A stretch of DNA of 64,000 nt, taken from positions 3,171,819 to 3,235,818 of the forward strand of contig MU058844.1 of assembly GCA_013265495.1 (NCBI GenBank), given 5' to 3'. Each line of letters begins with the position of its first letter. Position 1 is the stretch's first letter. The notes below the pieces were generated by a model. It was not told the DNA's origin and did no database searches. It was given only the letters and a program-made list of their open reading frames with translations. Positions 52,201 through 64,000 of the stretch are shown piece after piece. This DNA comes from Vicugna vicugna. Taxonomy: Eukaryota. Both the position numbers and the translations under genes were made by a program.

Positions 52201-52949
52201 ACTTTTCTGGAATGTAGTAAAAGCACTTCATTGCTTCAGTTGTAGGTTATATGACAGCAGTATTGGGGAGGGTACAAATTTTACATTTGCATGGCTTTTC
52301 TAGCATTATAGTTAAATAGAACCTTTTGTTCATTTACCAAATAAATGTTCAGGTGCTTACCTTGTGCCGTACCATATACTCCACTATGTGGGTAAAAGCT
52401 GCTCTCCTTAGGCTCACTGTTAATATAACAAGAACAGAAATATTCTCAAAGTCAGCATAGTATCTTTTAAAAAAAGAGTAGTAATGCTGCCTTCAGATAC
52501 AAGTATGTCATCCTTCATAATAGACCAGTATTTTGACCCTGAAAGAGATACACTGACATTTATGTAATATGACTCCCTGTATACTGTTACATGTATGTCT
52601 AATTGTGAAAAGCATAAGCTTAATTGGTAGAACAAATTGAGGTTTTCTTACTGTTTTGAATGAAGAATTCTCCTCTTAGTTTGTAAACTGGATAGCATCT
52701 TTTCCTTTTTATAGCCTCTTTGTATTTTTATAATTGTGGTATAATGCTTTTCACATAATGAGCTGCAGTAAATATTGATAATAGTGAAAATTCCTGATCT
52801 CTTCAATATATGATCCTTCAGAATTAAAATTCCCAGAGAATTTTAGTGACAGCTTAGTTATATATGCTGAATTTCCGAATAGATGAACATCTCAGAAAAG
52901 TCTGGTACCATGCCTCAGTATATATGTGAATATATATATGCAAAGGCAA

Positions 52950-53160
52950 TTAGGGAGAAGTGGTGGGGACCAAACTGCACTGCCTGAGTGTGAACCCCAG
53001 CCCTGCCCTTAACAGTGTCATAACCTTGGACAAATTGCTTACCCTACCTCACTTCAGTTCCCTTAGCTGTGAAGTGGAAAGTAACAGTACCAATCTCATA
53101 GGGCCATGGTGTTCCATGAAACACTGTGGAATGTCAGTTATCAGTATCGTTACCATCATC
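52950..53160 (+). mobile_element. MIR SINE (approximate ends)
   Basis: ctgcctgagtgtgaaccccagc...taaccttggacaaattgcttacc...cttcagttccctt...tctcatagggc. Confidence 0.7.
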
Positions 53161-56100
53161 ACCATCGTTCAACTTCATGTAAAATGATAGCACAGTGCTG
53201 TCTGTGTAGGAGACATTCAAAATTGGGTGGTTTTTCTTTTACATTTGGCAACAAGCCACAGAGATAGTACTCTGAGGTATTTTTGCTGTCGTAGGTGCAA
53301 TGTCAAAGAATCTGCTTTTAATGCTACATTATGGCCAATGGTTTCCCCACTTAGCCATCCCTGTCTTCCCCTAGATACCCTGTGTTCATTTTTTATTTTC
53401 TAGCTAATCCAAAAGGCTCTAATGAAACATACTGTTCTGAACCCTTATGAGCTTAATGCCCACTTCTCTTCTTCTTCCAAACTTTGAATAACCAAAGGTT
53501 CAAAGGAAATCAGCCACTGTATACCTAACACAATCGTAATGAAATAATTGTGTAATTAGTAAGTAGTTTGATATATATTCTAGAAAAGAATGTAAGTTGT
53601 GTGGAGACAGGGAGGATTCTGTCATGTTTCCCACTGTGTCTCCAACACCAAGCACTCAAATACACCTTGAATGAGGAAAAATGTTTACATGCCTATTCTT
53701 TTCATGCTAATGTCAGTAAAGGAGTCCATGAATGACAGTCTTCACCTCTTCTGAAACTTACAGGCTAGCTGAGGAGGTACACAGTTTACAGATACAGAGT
53801 TAGAGAAACCCAACTTAAAATGCTTGAATAAATTTTTGAGAAAACAAGCTGTAAGTTGTTACCTGTTCTATAACTCCTGATTGTATTTTGAAGGGGAAGT
53901 GACCCAGTGCTAGGAGTGACGCCCACCCTGCCACTGTTGTTACTCACACCATATTCATATTATCTGCATTTCTCATTTACCTCATTTAAAAGTCCCCAGT
54001 CAGGACTGATATGTATAAGATCAGTGCTGCCTTTATTAAGAAGATATGGCTATCCTTCAGCTTTGAGGTAAAATTTGCCATAATAGATATTGAACAGATT
54101 CCAGCTATCAGGGAGAAATGTTGATTGGTTTTTGAAAGACACATTCTGCAAGATACCTTATTCATTCTCTTTTAATCCTCATGACAGCCTTGAGGGGTTG
54201 ATAGTATCATATCTAATACTTATTTTGTAGACATGATCTGTCGCTCTTAGGACAGGGTCTGAAATTCAGTGTTTTAAAGGGACTACAAAAGATGGAAATG
54301 ATTCGGTTAAGAAGGAAAAGGAATTTAGCTACTTACTGGATATTGGGGAGAGAATGAGAAATCAGACGTGCTTTTGAGTTTAAGTGGTCAATACTTTGAC
54401 TGAAGGATGAAACAACAGAACAGTGTTTCCTAAAATATTCTGTGAAATAGTGGTTGCAGGAGATATTAATAGGTGCTCATGGAGGGAAAAAACAGTAGTT
54501 AAAAATAAGTTCAGGAAATGCTACATATAATATTTCCCTTTTGTAGATTCTGCAAAGTCTGACCAAAGAAACCTACTTACCCTGCTGACCTTTTCACATC
54601 ATAGCTCTTAACATATGGTAGATTAGCCTTCTCTAGGGCACCAGTTTGGAAAAGTCTGTTCTAGAGGAATTTGGGGATTGGTAATAGGAATGGAGTTTTG
54701 AGGTTTGAGCTTGAAGTTATAACTGAAAATTAAATTGCTGTCAGGGTTTTGGAGATGAGTGAGAAATGAAGCTTGAAAGTATAGTTTGGTGGGTAAACTA
54801 AGTGGAAGCGAGACAGAACCTGGAAAAGAAAATACTAATATCCAGTTATAATTCTGAACCCAAGACTATTGAATTGCATGTGGGTCCTTCAGATAAAGGC
54901 ATAGCTTTTCAATACCTTAAGTATGTATAAATGATCATGCTAGACTCTATGTAATCCACAGTAGCTCAGGTAATGGGAAGCACAGATAGTGTTTGTAAGA
55001 CAAATCTAGAGTCATGACTGTTGAGTGCTGGTGACATAAGAGTGGAGGACCCCAGACTTTACCTGGATGGGTGTAAAGGCAGGAAGTGCATGGGGGAGCC
55101 TGTCAGGGACACCGGAAGGAAAGTTAAGAGAAATAGATAAAAAACTAGAAAGTGTGCATGGTTGGCAAGGCAGGACTCTTTCATGGGGTAGGCAGACATT
55201 AGTACTAGATAAGAAAGGGATATAAGATCACTGGGCTCAGCTCCTCCATTTATCCATGAAAAAATTGAGAGCAAGGATTAAATATTAGCACAGCAAAGTC
55301 AGGATTGGAATCCGGTCACTTCATTGTTACCTGTTTGTACTCCAGAGATTTCAAAAGGGAAGAGACTGTTGAGGTATCCCCTCTCTTGGGAGAATGAGGA
55401 TTGGCTGTCCCCCAAGGGGCCCTTAAGGGAGAGGGATTGCATCCCTTAGTAGGTTTGCCGTAGTAAAGGGTCTGAGACTCTGATAATTGGTTTTGTTTTT
55501 TTTTTTTTTTTGGATCAGGCTCATATTATCAAAGCCTCATGAGATTGATATAAAAATCAAAATGTTAATATATTAATTTACAGTGGAAAAAGTTACTACC
55601 ATGAGAAACAGATTCTCAAGTCCTAGCTGGCACATTCTCTTCCCCATAGCTTTTGCCACATGGGAAGCTACATTATAATTAGAAGGTTGCTTAGTGGGTA
55701 TGTAGGCAGAACAAGTGGCATAATATGTGTGGAATGTGTAATGGAGTCGGGCTTTTCTTAACCTCTCAGAGACCGGTTACCTCTCTGGCAATATGGGTAA
55801 TAACAGAGCCTTGTTGATAGGGTGTTGGAAGCGTTAGGTAGAGTGTAGTGTGCAGTGTTTAGCACAGTCCCTGCCACAGGGATTCTGTCAGTGTTCTTGT
55901 TCTTCCCAGTTAGAATACAGATACTCCAGAACCTCCTTGTGGCTTAGAATCCTCTCCTAAACACTGCTGGAATGAGAAGGCCAGGTTTCCTTTTGCTGCT
56001 TTAACAATTATCCTTTGCCTGTGCTTTCATAATTGACCAGCCCATTTCTGACTGTTAAATGTTTTTTTTCCTCAGTAAGTTAAATTGACTCATTCAGTCT

Positions 56101-56183
56101 ACCTAATGCCCAATCGTAGGTCCTGGGATCCATTTTGATCTTTTTAGGATGCTCAGTGTGGATTCTCTGCTCAATCGATTATG

Positions 56184-56262
56184 TTAGTTGAACCATATGA
56201 AATTGCTGCTATTTTACTGATTTTCACATGCAAAAATGGCAGTGTCACATGGCTTAACCTAA
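56184..56262. mobile_element. MADE2-like mariner MITE (~80-bp imperfect palindrome)
   Basis: ttagttgaaccatatgaaattgc ... ggcagtgtcacatggcttaacctaa. Confidence 0.72.
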
Positions 56263-57369
56263 TACACTGATTGTAAAATTCAATTCTTTCCAAGTGGTCC
56301 CCGTAGTTCCTTTTATGAGAAGCTAAGTCTATTGATGAGTCCTGAAGCCTTTTCTTTAAGTGCAGAGGGCTGTACCATTATCCCTCTGTTCCTGTGATCA
56401 GGTTCTGAGAAGGTTCTTCTGCTGCATGTCTGCTTGTGTCCTTTGTGTAATATACCATTTTTCCTCTTCTCTTTACATGTACTCTCTTACTTGCTCAGAT
56501 CAGCGCTGAACATATGAATGACTATTTGTAATTCCTTGATTGATAGTTTACATGGTGCATTTTTTATTTATTAAACCAGTGTTTGCTGCTCAGTGTACAT
56601 TCTGTGCATGATATCCTAGATCGTAGCCATTAACTTTAAAATGTTCACAGTTTTAGAAAGGATATTGTGCATCAGTACCAGAGTTGGCAGATTCTTTTGT
56701 TGCACTAGAATTTCAGTGTAATTCTCATAGATCAAAGTCGGAATGCCTAATTATTGAAGGCAAATAAATCGCTCTCATAATGCTCAACTAACACCTACAG
56801 CATTTAGGGAAGAAAATAATCTGTAGGCTACTCTGACAAATTAGCTATTTCACCTACACGTTTTCTGGTTCTTGTTCATTTACAGTATGTGAATTCTAAA
56901 TGATTATAATCACTGGATGTATAGATATAGGTCTGTGTTTTTCCCCTGAATATTCTGTAATTAAGAGTTTTCCATGTTGGTGTTTAGTTTTCTTAATTAT
57001 TAAAGTTTTGAAGAATCTTTTTAAATTAATATTTAATTTTAATTGTGGGAAGAAAACCTTTTTCTCCCAATGAGGTGTCACTTTACTGTTCTTTCTAAAA
57101 TAGATAATTGAACAGTAGATCAGCTCTTATAAAATTCTGGATATGATACAACCCTCTTGCTTTTTAATTCTTAAATGCTGGTAGATATCATTATATATAA
57201 GGATATCACATTCAAATATTGCATTTAATGTCTTTGTTTATTTAATAAATATGTATTATGTGCCTTTATATCCACAGGCTAACTTAAGTATTATACAATA
57301 TACTCTGGATAGGACAGTTTATTGGAAACTAACTAAAAATGTGTTAACTGCTAATTATAACAATTAAAT

Positions 57370-57570
57370 AGCTGTTTGTTTTTTTTTTGAGTACTTCTGA
57401 ATATCACACACTAAGATATGGGGATGATTTTGAGATATTTCATGTATTAATTCAGTTAAACCTCTTCAGAATTACAAGGTAGCCCATTTTATAAGTGAGA
57501 AAGCTAAAACACTGGGTAAATTGCCCAAGGTCACCCAGCAAGTACAGGAAAGTGCTGGAATAAAATCTAA
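57370..57570 (-). mobile_element. MIR remnant (approximate ends)
   Basis: cccatttttataagtgagaaagct...ttgcccaaggtcacccagcaagt. Confidence 0.65.
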
Positions 57571-60384
57571 AAAGTTAGGCACCTGCCATCATCATAGTCC
57601 TGATTCCGTGCTGGGCCAGGTATCCTCCTGAGTGCTGAAAGAATCTACTTCTCTGGCATTGACAGTCTCATTTGCCGGCACCTGAGGTGGGTCTTACTGA
57701 AGGACCACTGTCTTCAGTACATTGCCATGTGTTTTCCAGTTGAGTTCCATTACCCTGTATTGAGTCATTTCTGTGGGCAAGGTGTTGTAGCTGTAGCTGG
57801 TCACTAGGAGATTCAGAAATGAGCAAGACCAACCTGCTCTCAGACTTTACAGTTAATCAAGAAGAAAGCCATGTACACAAGTAATTATGTATTGAATGTT
57901 ATAGTGGCTCAAAAACTACAGAAGCAGAGAGAAATAGACTAGTATAATTCCATGTCATGTCATGGGGTCAGAGAAGAGGGGGCATGTTAACTGTTTGTTG
58001 AAGAAGTTAGAAGGGCAAAGGGAATAGGCCAGCTTTCATTTAGGAAAATGACAACAAGCTTGTCCAAAGAAAAAGGAAGTGAGGATTCTGAGAGCAATAC
58101 TGAAACGAAAGGAAGAGAGGAGGGATGCTGATTTGGTACCTCACACCCATGCTGAAGCTGTCGATACCCACATCTGTTTTATTGAAGACCTACAGAAGGG
58201 AGATGCTCACGGACTAGATGTTGCGTAGTGTCTGTTACCATCTTAAATATACTCATTCCTTCCAGCCTTCTTTATGGTTCCTTTATTTTACTTTTTGCAG
58301 ATACTACAAAAGGAAATCAAACATGTTCTGACCTTCTCAAAAGGTGATGCAAGTCTCTCTTAAGATGATTTAGATCATTTAAAATCAATAATAAGAAATT
58401 ATCATAAAGAAACAGGAAGTCAGGAGCTTTTGAAATCTGCTTTTTTCCTTCCCTCAGTACTATACTCACCTGAAGTTTTGGTTATTTTTTGTGTGTGCGC
58501 ATGTTTGTTTAAATATTCTGTTAGGGGAGCTTGAGGATTCTAATTGTGTTGATCTTCCACAGTTTAGTTATTCATTTTTGTTCTAGTGAACAGTTAAGCA
58601 ATTTATTGTGAGAGTTATAAGAGGAACACAAGTTGTGGCTACTCCCTCAGGAAGCTTAAGTTGTATCTGAGGAGAGAAGATAAACTTTTAAGAAACCTTC
58701 CAGAGGTACAAGGAGGTATTGTTTTTATCATGATACCAGCTCTTTTCTGTGCTGCCCACTTACTCTCCTGTGCTATCAGTCACACCTCTGTGTTTTGGGG
58801 CCTTCATCCCCCTGCTCCACCCTGCCTCAGTCCAGGTGTCTGCTAGGCAGTGAAGCCTTTCTCAAAGACACATCCCCATCAACACGTTATGCTTTGTGTG
58901 CTCACCAAATCTTCTGCAATGCTCTCTACAGCACTTAATGTGTTTGCTGGTATCCTTGTGTTTTCCCCCCATTTGGGCTGTACACTCCTTGAAGAAAGAG
59001 CCTTGGACATAGGGCTTACTCACACACGTTTGGGACTGATAGGAACTTCAGAGGAAGCAACACGTTTGGGAGGATAAGCGTAATACTGGTGATGGAGTTT
59101 GATTTGCTGCAAGAAACTCAAATGAAAGTGTCTGTTAACAGTTGAAAACATTGGCCTGGAGCTTGGTCCAGGCCTTAGATGTATATAGGTCATGATGTTG
59201 ATGTGGTATTAGTAGCTCTCAGAGGCCTGTGGATAGTTCGCTGAGTGACAGCCTCATTTAGGGAGTGGTAAAGATTTTTAAAAGCCAGGGAATTGTGGGC
59301 TGTGGAGAATTGCTTTGAGTCCTAGACTAAGTAAGCAATACGGTGGGTAGGAGGGAAGAATACTGTCAAATGACTCAAAAGTACCTGTGAGGATAAGGAC
59401 TGAGAAGAAACCTGAGATCATTAATCACCACTAGCAGCCAACAGAGGGGTCTGAGGATGGATCCAGTTTCCCAGGTCAGGGTGACAGTGGATGATCAGGA
59501 AGAAGCATTGAGGATAGACCTTATTAAGATGTGTAGTAAAGAGAGGAGGGAAAGGCTAAATTGTTTGGTTCACAAAATCCAGGACAGGCTTGTTTTGGGG
59601 AAGGAGGAAGGAATAGTCTTTATGGTTAGGTTAAGCTGAAGGAACCAGGACAAAGTAGGATCCGTGGCTTGCAGTGGCAGTCAGGGAAATAAGGTCTTGG
59701 AGTAGACTTAGCCTGGGGAGGTAAGAGCTGAAATGATGTAGGAGACTTGGAATAGAAAAAGGAAGATGCTCAGAAGATAGAGATGTGTCAGTGGATCATA
59801 TATGACTGAGAAAAACAAGTTTCTCATGAAACTAAGAATTCAGCTTTTAACACTTGAACCAGCATTGCTCGGCCAGATGTAATGTCTGTTCAGGGGTAGC
59901 CAGGTAACCGGCCGGGTGTAGACAGAGCGTGAAAAAGCCAGGGAGACATAAGAGCAAGAATGGAGTTGCAGACTGTTGGAAGTTTGCTTTTTTTGGGAGG
60001 CAGGTATGATCAGAAAGGATGTCAACTGCCTTTGAGCCTCAAGGTCAGAATGTATACACAAGATTCTGCGTAAGTGAAGAGAAATAAAGAGAAGTTGTAC
60101 CAGAGAGGAAGTCTTGAAAATAGAACAATTCCAAGTGATGATGACTTTGACTTTTAATGTGTGTCTCTACCCTTGAATAGCACTCACAGAGTACAAATCA
60201 GAGTCTTGAAATAAAAGGTCAGGAACGATGAGAGAGAGTTTGAAGGATCATCAACATGATGTGATGGAGTGGTTATGGTTCAGCACATCCCTAATGTCCA
60301 TATTCTTTACACTTTGATGAGTTAACTATAAATGAGATCCTTGCCTAATAGCCTCTTAAAAATATAGCTTACCTTATTTTTCAG

Positions 60385-60410
60385 GCAGATTCTTTGAATG
60401 TGTTGCAAAA
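60385..60410 (+). other. Candidate 26-nt microexon of the host gene
   Basis: cttaccttatttttCAG acceptor and AAA|gtaagt donor (GT at 60411) in apparently unique sequence; branch-like cctaat ~36 nt upstream. Confidence 0.45.
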
Positions 60411-61475
60411 GTAAGTATTGATTTACTGAACTGTTCTTTGGTAACCACTGCTGGAAATTGCAAAAGACCGTCAACTATCAAACGATATAAGTAAAGAAAA
60501 AGGAGATAAAGAAATGGGAAAAGGTCTTCTGCCCTCAGTTCTGTATTCAGTTGTTTAAATCCTTGAAATTTAGAGTTTTTAGTTAAGAAACAGAAAGCTC
60601 GTGTTAAATTTACAGATAAGAGTTATGCCTCTCTAAATATTGCCAATTTTATTTTTGTGAGCTCGTTTGGTGACATAATGAGCATCCTGTTTCCTTAAGC
60701 ATTTAAGTGTAGGTTCTTGTGAACTGACAGGATAGAAGCTCTTAAGAATGAGTAGGCTGATGGAGCAGCTGGTGTGACATTCAAGTGTTCATATTGCCTT
60801 CTAGCTCCTGAACAGAAGGAAAAAAACAGTTTTAATTTAGAAATCTCTTTCTTGACTATAGCTGAAATTCTCAAAAATCAGTGAGGCTAGAAAATGATAG
60901 AACATTTTGTTTTCCTGTTTAACTGTGGATATAATGTGTTCTTATACTTATTGGTAAGCTGCACTCGATTGTATAAAATGAACTTTCTTTCTGAGCTTTT
61001 TAAAGGCCTGTCTTTTATAAGGAAATGATTACTGTTAGGAAGAAGGTTCCTAAAATGACTAAATAGAACAATAAAATAGAAAACAAAGGATAAGTTCCTT
61101 TTGGGGGGAGAGCAAGGGAAAGTGGGTATCTAAATTGTAGTTCTCAGTTAAATTTGTTAAAATTTAGTACTTTTGGGTGTTCAGAATCATTTTAAATATG
61201 TTCAGAATGAAGCAGGATGTCTTCACATTTCTTAGTTAGAAGAAAATTATTTGCAGTATTTGTATAATCCATCAGTATACTTGGTATTAAAAATCAAGAA
61301 GTAACAGCATATTTTTTAGAATAAGGTCTGCTTTCAAATATTCATGCAAATTAAGAACAGCATAATAAAGAACCATGAGTAATTTGCTTCTGTTGTTGTC
61401 AGGGAATTTGGGGTCAAGGAGATAATCCAGCAATTTGTTCTTTAGTCAGATTTCAGGCACGCTTATTATCTATGG

Positions 61476-61652
61476 TAGTGGTTCTCCAGAGCAGCAGCTG
61501 CAGCAGCACCATCACCTGAGGGTTTTAGAAACCTAAATTCTTGTTTCCTACCGCAGATCTACTGAAACTCTGGAAGATCAAAGATCACCAGCAGTTTGTT
61601 TTAAGGAGCCCGGCAGGTGATGCTGATGTGTGCTGAAGTTTGTGAACCACTG
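61476..61652. mobile_element. MER5A-like hAT-Charlie element
   Basis: agtggttctc...catcacctgag...gatctactgaa...caggtgatgctgatg...aagtttgtgaaccactg. Confidence 0.75.
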
Positions 61653-61879
61653 GTCTATAGTTAGGACAGCCTTTCAAGACATACACATCATCAGTGTTTG
61701 GGACAAGATGATTCCAGCAGACTTGACTGCAAAGTCCATAGTGTGAACTTCAGGATATCAGTGTTTGGGATCATTCACATTAAAATTTTACCATATGCTC
61801 TCCTTAATTAAGTCCTTTGTTGGCATCAACAAATAATCTGTGCCGGAAATGACAGTTATCAAAAGCCAGAGTAATTGTC

Positions 61880-62085
61880 TTACAGCCCCAGGGAGGGGGA
61901 TGAATCACCAATTTATGGAACCTGTTCTGCTTTGGGCTGACATTCTTTATGAGCTAAAGGTTAGGTATCTTGATTGTGGTGGTGGTTTCATAGGTGTATA
62001 CATCCATCAAAATCCATCAGATTATACATCTGAAGGGTGTGTAGTTTACTGTGCAGAAATTATACCACAATAAAGTTGTTTTAAA
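61880..62085 (+). mobile_element. Old L1M 3' end (approximate start)
   Basis: tatcttgattgtggtggtggtttcataggtgtatacat...aattataccacaataaagttg. Confidence 0.72.
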
Positions 62086-64000
62086 TTTTTTTCAAATAAA
62101 GGCTGTGGGGAGGATGGCTGTGTTTGGGGCTCAGTTAAGGAAACTGGATCGTTTTAGTCACACTTTAACTAAGCCAGACTACTATAGTGTGGTTTTATCA
62201 TTTTAATTGAATAGTGAAATTGTGAAATATGAGAGGAACAGAAAAAAATGAACCTGTAAATGCACGTGCAAGTAAACTTTTACTGTTGTCTGTAAACTGA
62301 TCTCGTGCTTGCTTTTTAAAAACAGATGGCAACAATTGTGGTCAGAATTTCAGTGCCACCCAGCCGCTCCCCACTGACTCCCTTTACAGTTATTCAGGAA
62401 GAGGAACAAGCAGTGAAAAATGAGAACAGGCAACCAGAGATGGCATCGTGGTGGGAACAAGAGTTATGCATCTGAGAAATTAAGGCAGCAGAACATTTCA
62501 AGAGTGAGGCAGGGGTTAACAGTAACAAAGGTGGCCAGTAGGTCAGATAAGAGTGACTAAATGTGTCCATTAAATTTAGGAACAAGAGTGGTCAGGGGTC
62601 ATCTTGAAGAGTAGTTTCAGTACAGCACACAAGCAGCAGCTGGATTGAAATGCGGTGATCTGTGAGCCGGAGATAAAATAGAAATGGGAACTTTCAGAGA
62701 GGGTGATAGCTAGATGTGGCTTTGAGGATTTTCTCACCCAATGGCCTCTACTGGCTGATTTTTATTTCTTTATAATCCTTAAATCTAATTGTTAAATGTA
62801 TTACCTCATTGATTTGGCATAATTTTACTTCAGCATGAGTAACCCTAACAAGTTATTTCTCAAATAAATACATCTCTTCTTCTAGGCTTTATGAAATACT
62901 GAAACTCAGCGTTACTGCTTTGCATATAGCCTCAAGGATCCAGGACCCAGTTAAAACCCATTGCCACATAGCAGTCATTGTGTAATTCATTGGGAAAATC
63001 TGAAATTCCTTTTAACTTCCATTATCTGAAAGAATTTGAAGGAAAGTTTATGTATCTTGCAAGGTGGTTTGAAAACTCCTTGCATGCTACAGCTTTCTCT
63101 CATGGAACCTAGCATATGATTTTAAACACAGGATTAGGAGGTTTTGTTCTGTTCTGCTGTTTGAATTGGCATTGATTACGAACATAAAACCTGTTTTTCA
63201 AATTGATTTCTAGCTAAGTTTCGAACAGGAATGTTTCAATTCAATAAACATTGAGCACCTAGTATATTCCCGACAATTCTGGAGGTTAAAAATAAATGGC
63301 ACAAATCCTGCCTTGAGTTCACAGTTCATTGGGGAAGACAGAGATAAACAGATCATTGCAGCTCTGTGTTAAAAGCTGTAATAGAAGAACAAATTAATGC
63401 CTCCACTATTCCAGTCTACTTGCCTCCCACCCTAAGAGATTTGCTAAAGTGGTCATGCTGAATTTTTAACTAGCAGCAGCTCTAACTTGGCCTAAGTACT
63501 GTACTTAGTCTCTGTATCTGAAAAGAGTCTGGTGGATAAGTAACTTACTGAGGGAGTGGGAATAATTGTAGTCTATACAGACGCAGTGATGGTGTTTATG
63601 AATCTTTTGAGACTAATAAATTAGGCATTGTAGACAGTGCTTATTTTCTGCTTATCAGTTTATAAAACAAATCCTTTTTGGTGGATTTAATCTTGGGTGT
63701 ATGTATCATTTTTACTCACCTGATATAAATTACTTTTCTGAACAAGCTTTACAGTCTTTATGCTCTTTTATGCAAGTGTGCATGTTTTCTCTAAGCCACT
63801 TAAAACATGAATAATGTGAATCCAGAGTAACATTAAAATTAAGTAATCGTTTGGTTCTTCAGAGTGTTTTAATGGAATAATTTGAACATAACAAAACTTT
63901 GTAAGAGAAACTTCCCACACCACTCATAATCTTGTAGTGTCTGCTCTTTAATATGTATGATATTAGACCATATGCTCTTTCCACCATTACAGTCATATTA

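Noticed and set aside
61690..61770. 14-bp direct repeat ATCAGTGTTTGGGA, 67 bp apart
   Set aside because: No poly-A tail or inverted ends between the copies; likely a small local duplication or chance
1..64000. Remaining short ORFs in AT-rich regions, and any novel multi-gene system
   Set aside because: ORFs are 60-122 aa, often overlap repeats or start at non-ATG codons, and lack domains or splice support; nothing operon-like is present

Overview
Mammalian genomic DNA, very probably camelid, because it carries a tRNA-derived SINE resembling the camel/alpaca vic-1 family plus cetartiodactyl-type L1 3' ends. Bases 1 to ~12.9 kb are repeat-rich intergenic sequence. A CpG island at ~12.9-15.6 kb holds the promoter and several candidate 5' exons of a + strand gene that I could not identify. 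The rest of the window is AT-rich intron with a few candidate microexons. No long coding exon is present, and the ORF track looks spurious. The main anomaly is an apparently perfect head-to-tail duplication of 3,653 bp (35076-38728 and 38730-42382) joined by one non-templated A. The unit contains an older 76-bp duplication carrying a candidate 44-nt exon, and the junction creates a new pyrimidine-rich CAG acceptor-like site. I see no prokaryote-type system (CRISPR, operon, defence locus). Repeat family names come from remembered consensus motifs, not from a database search.
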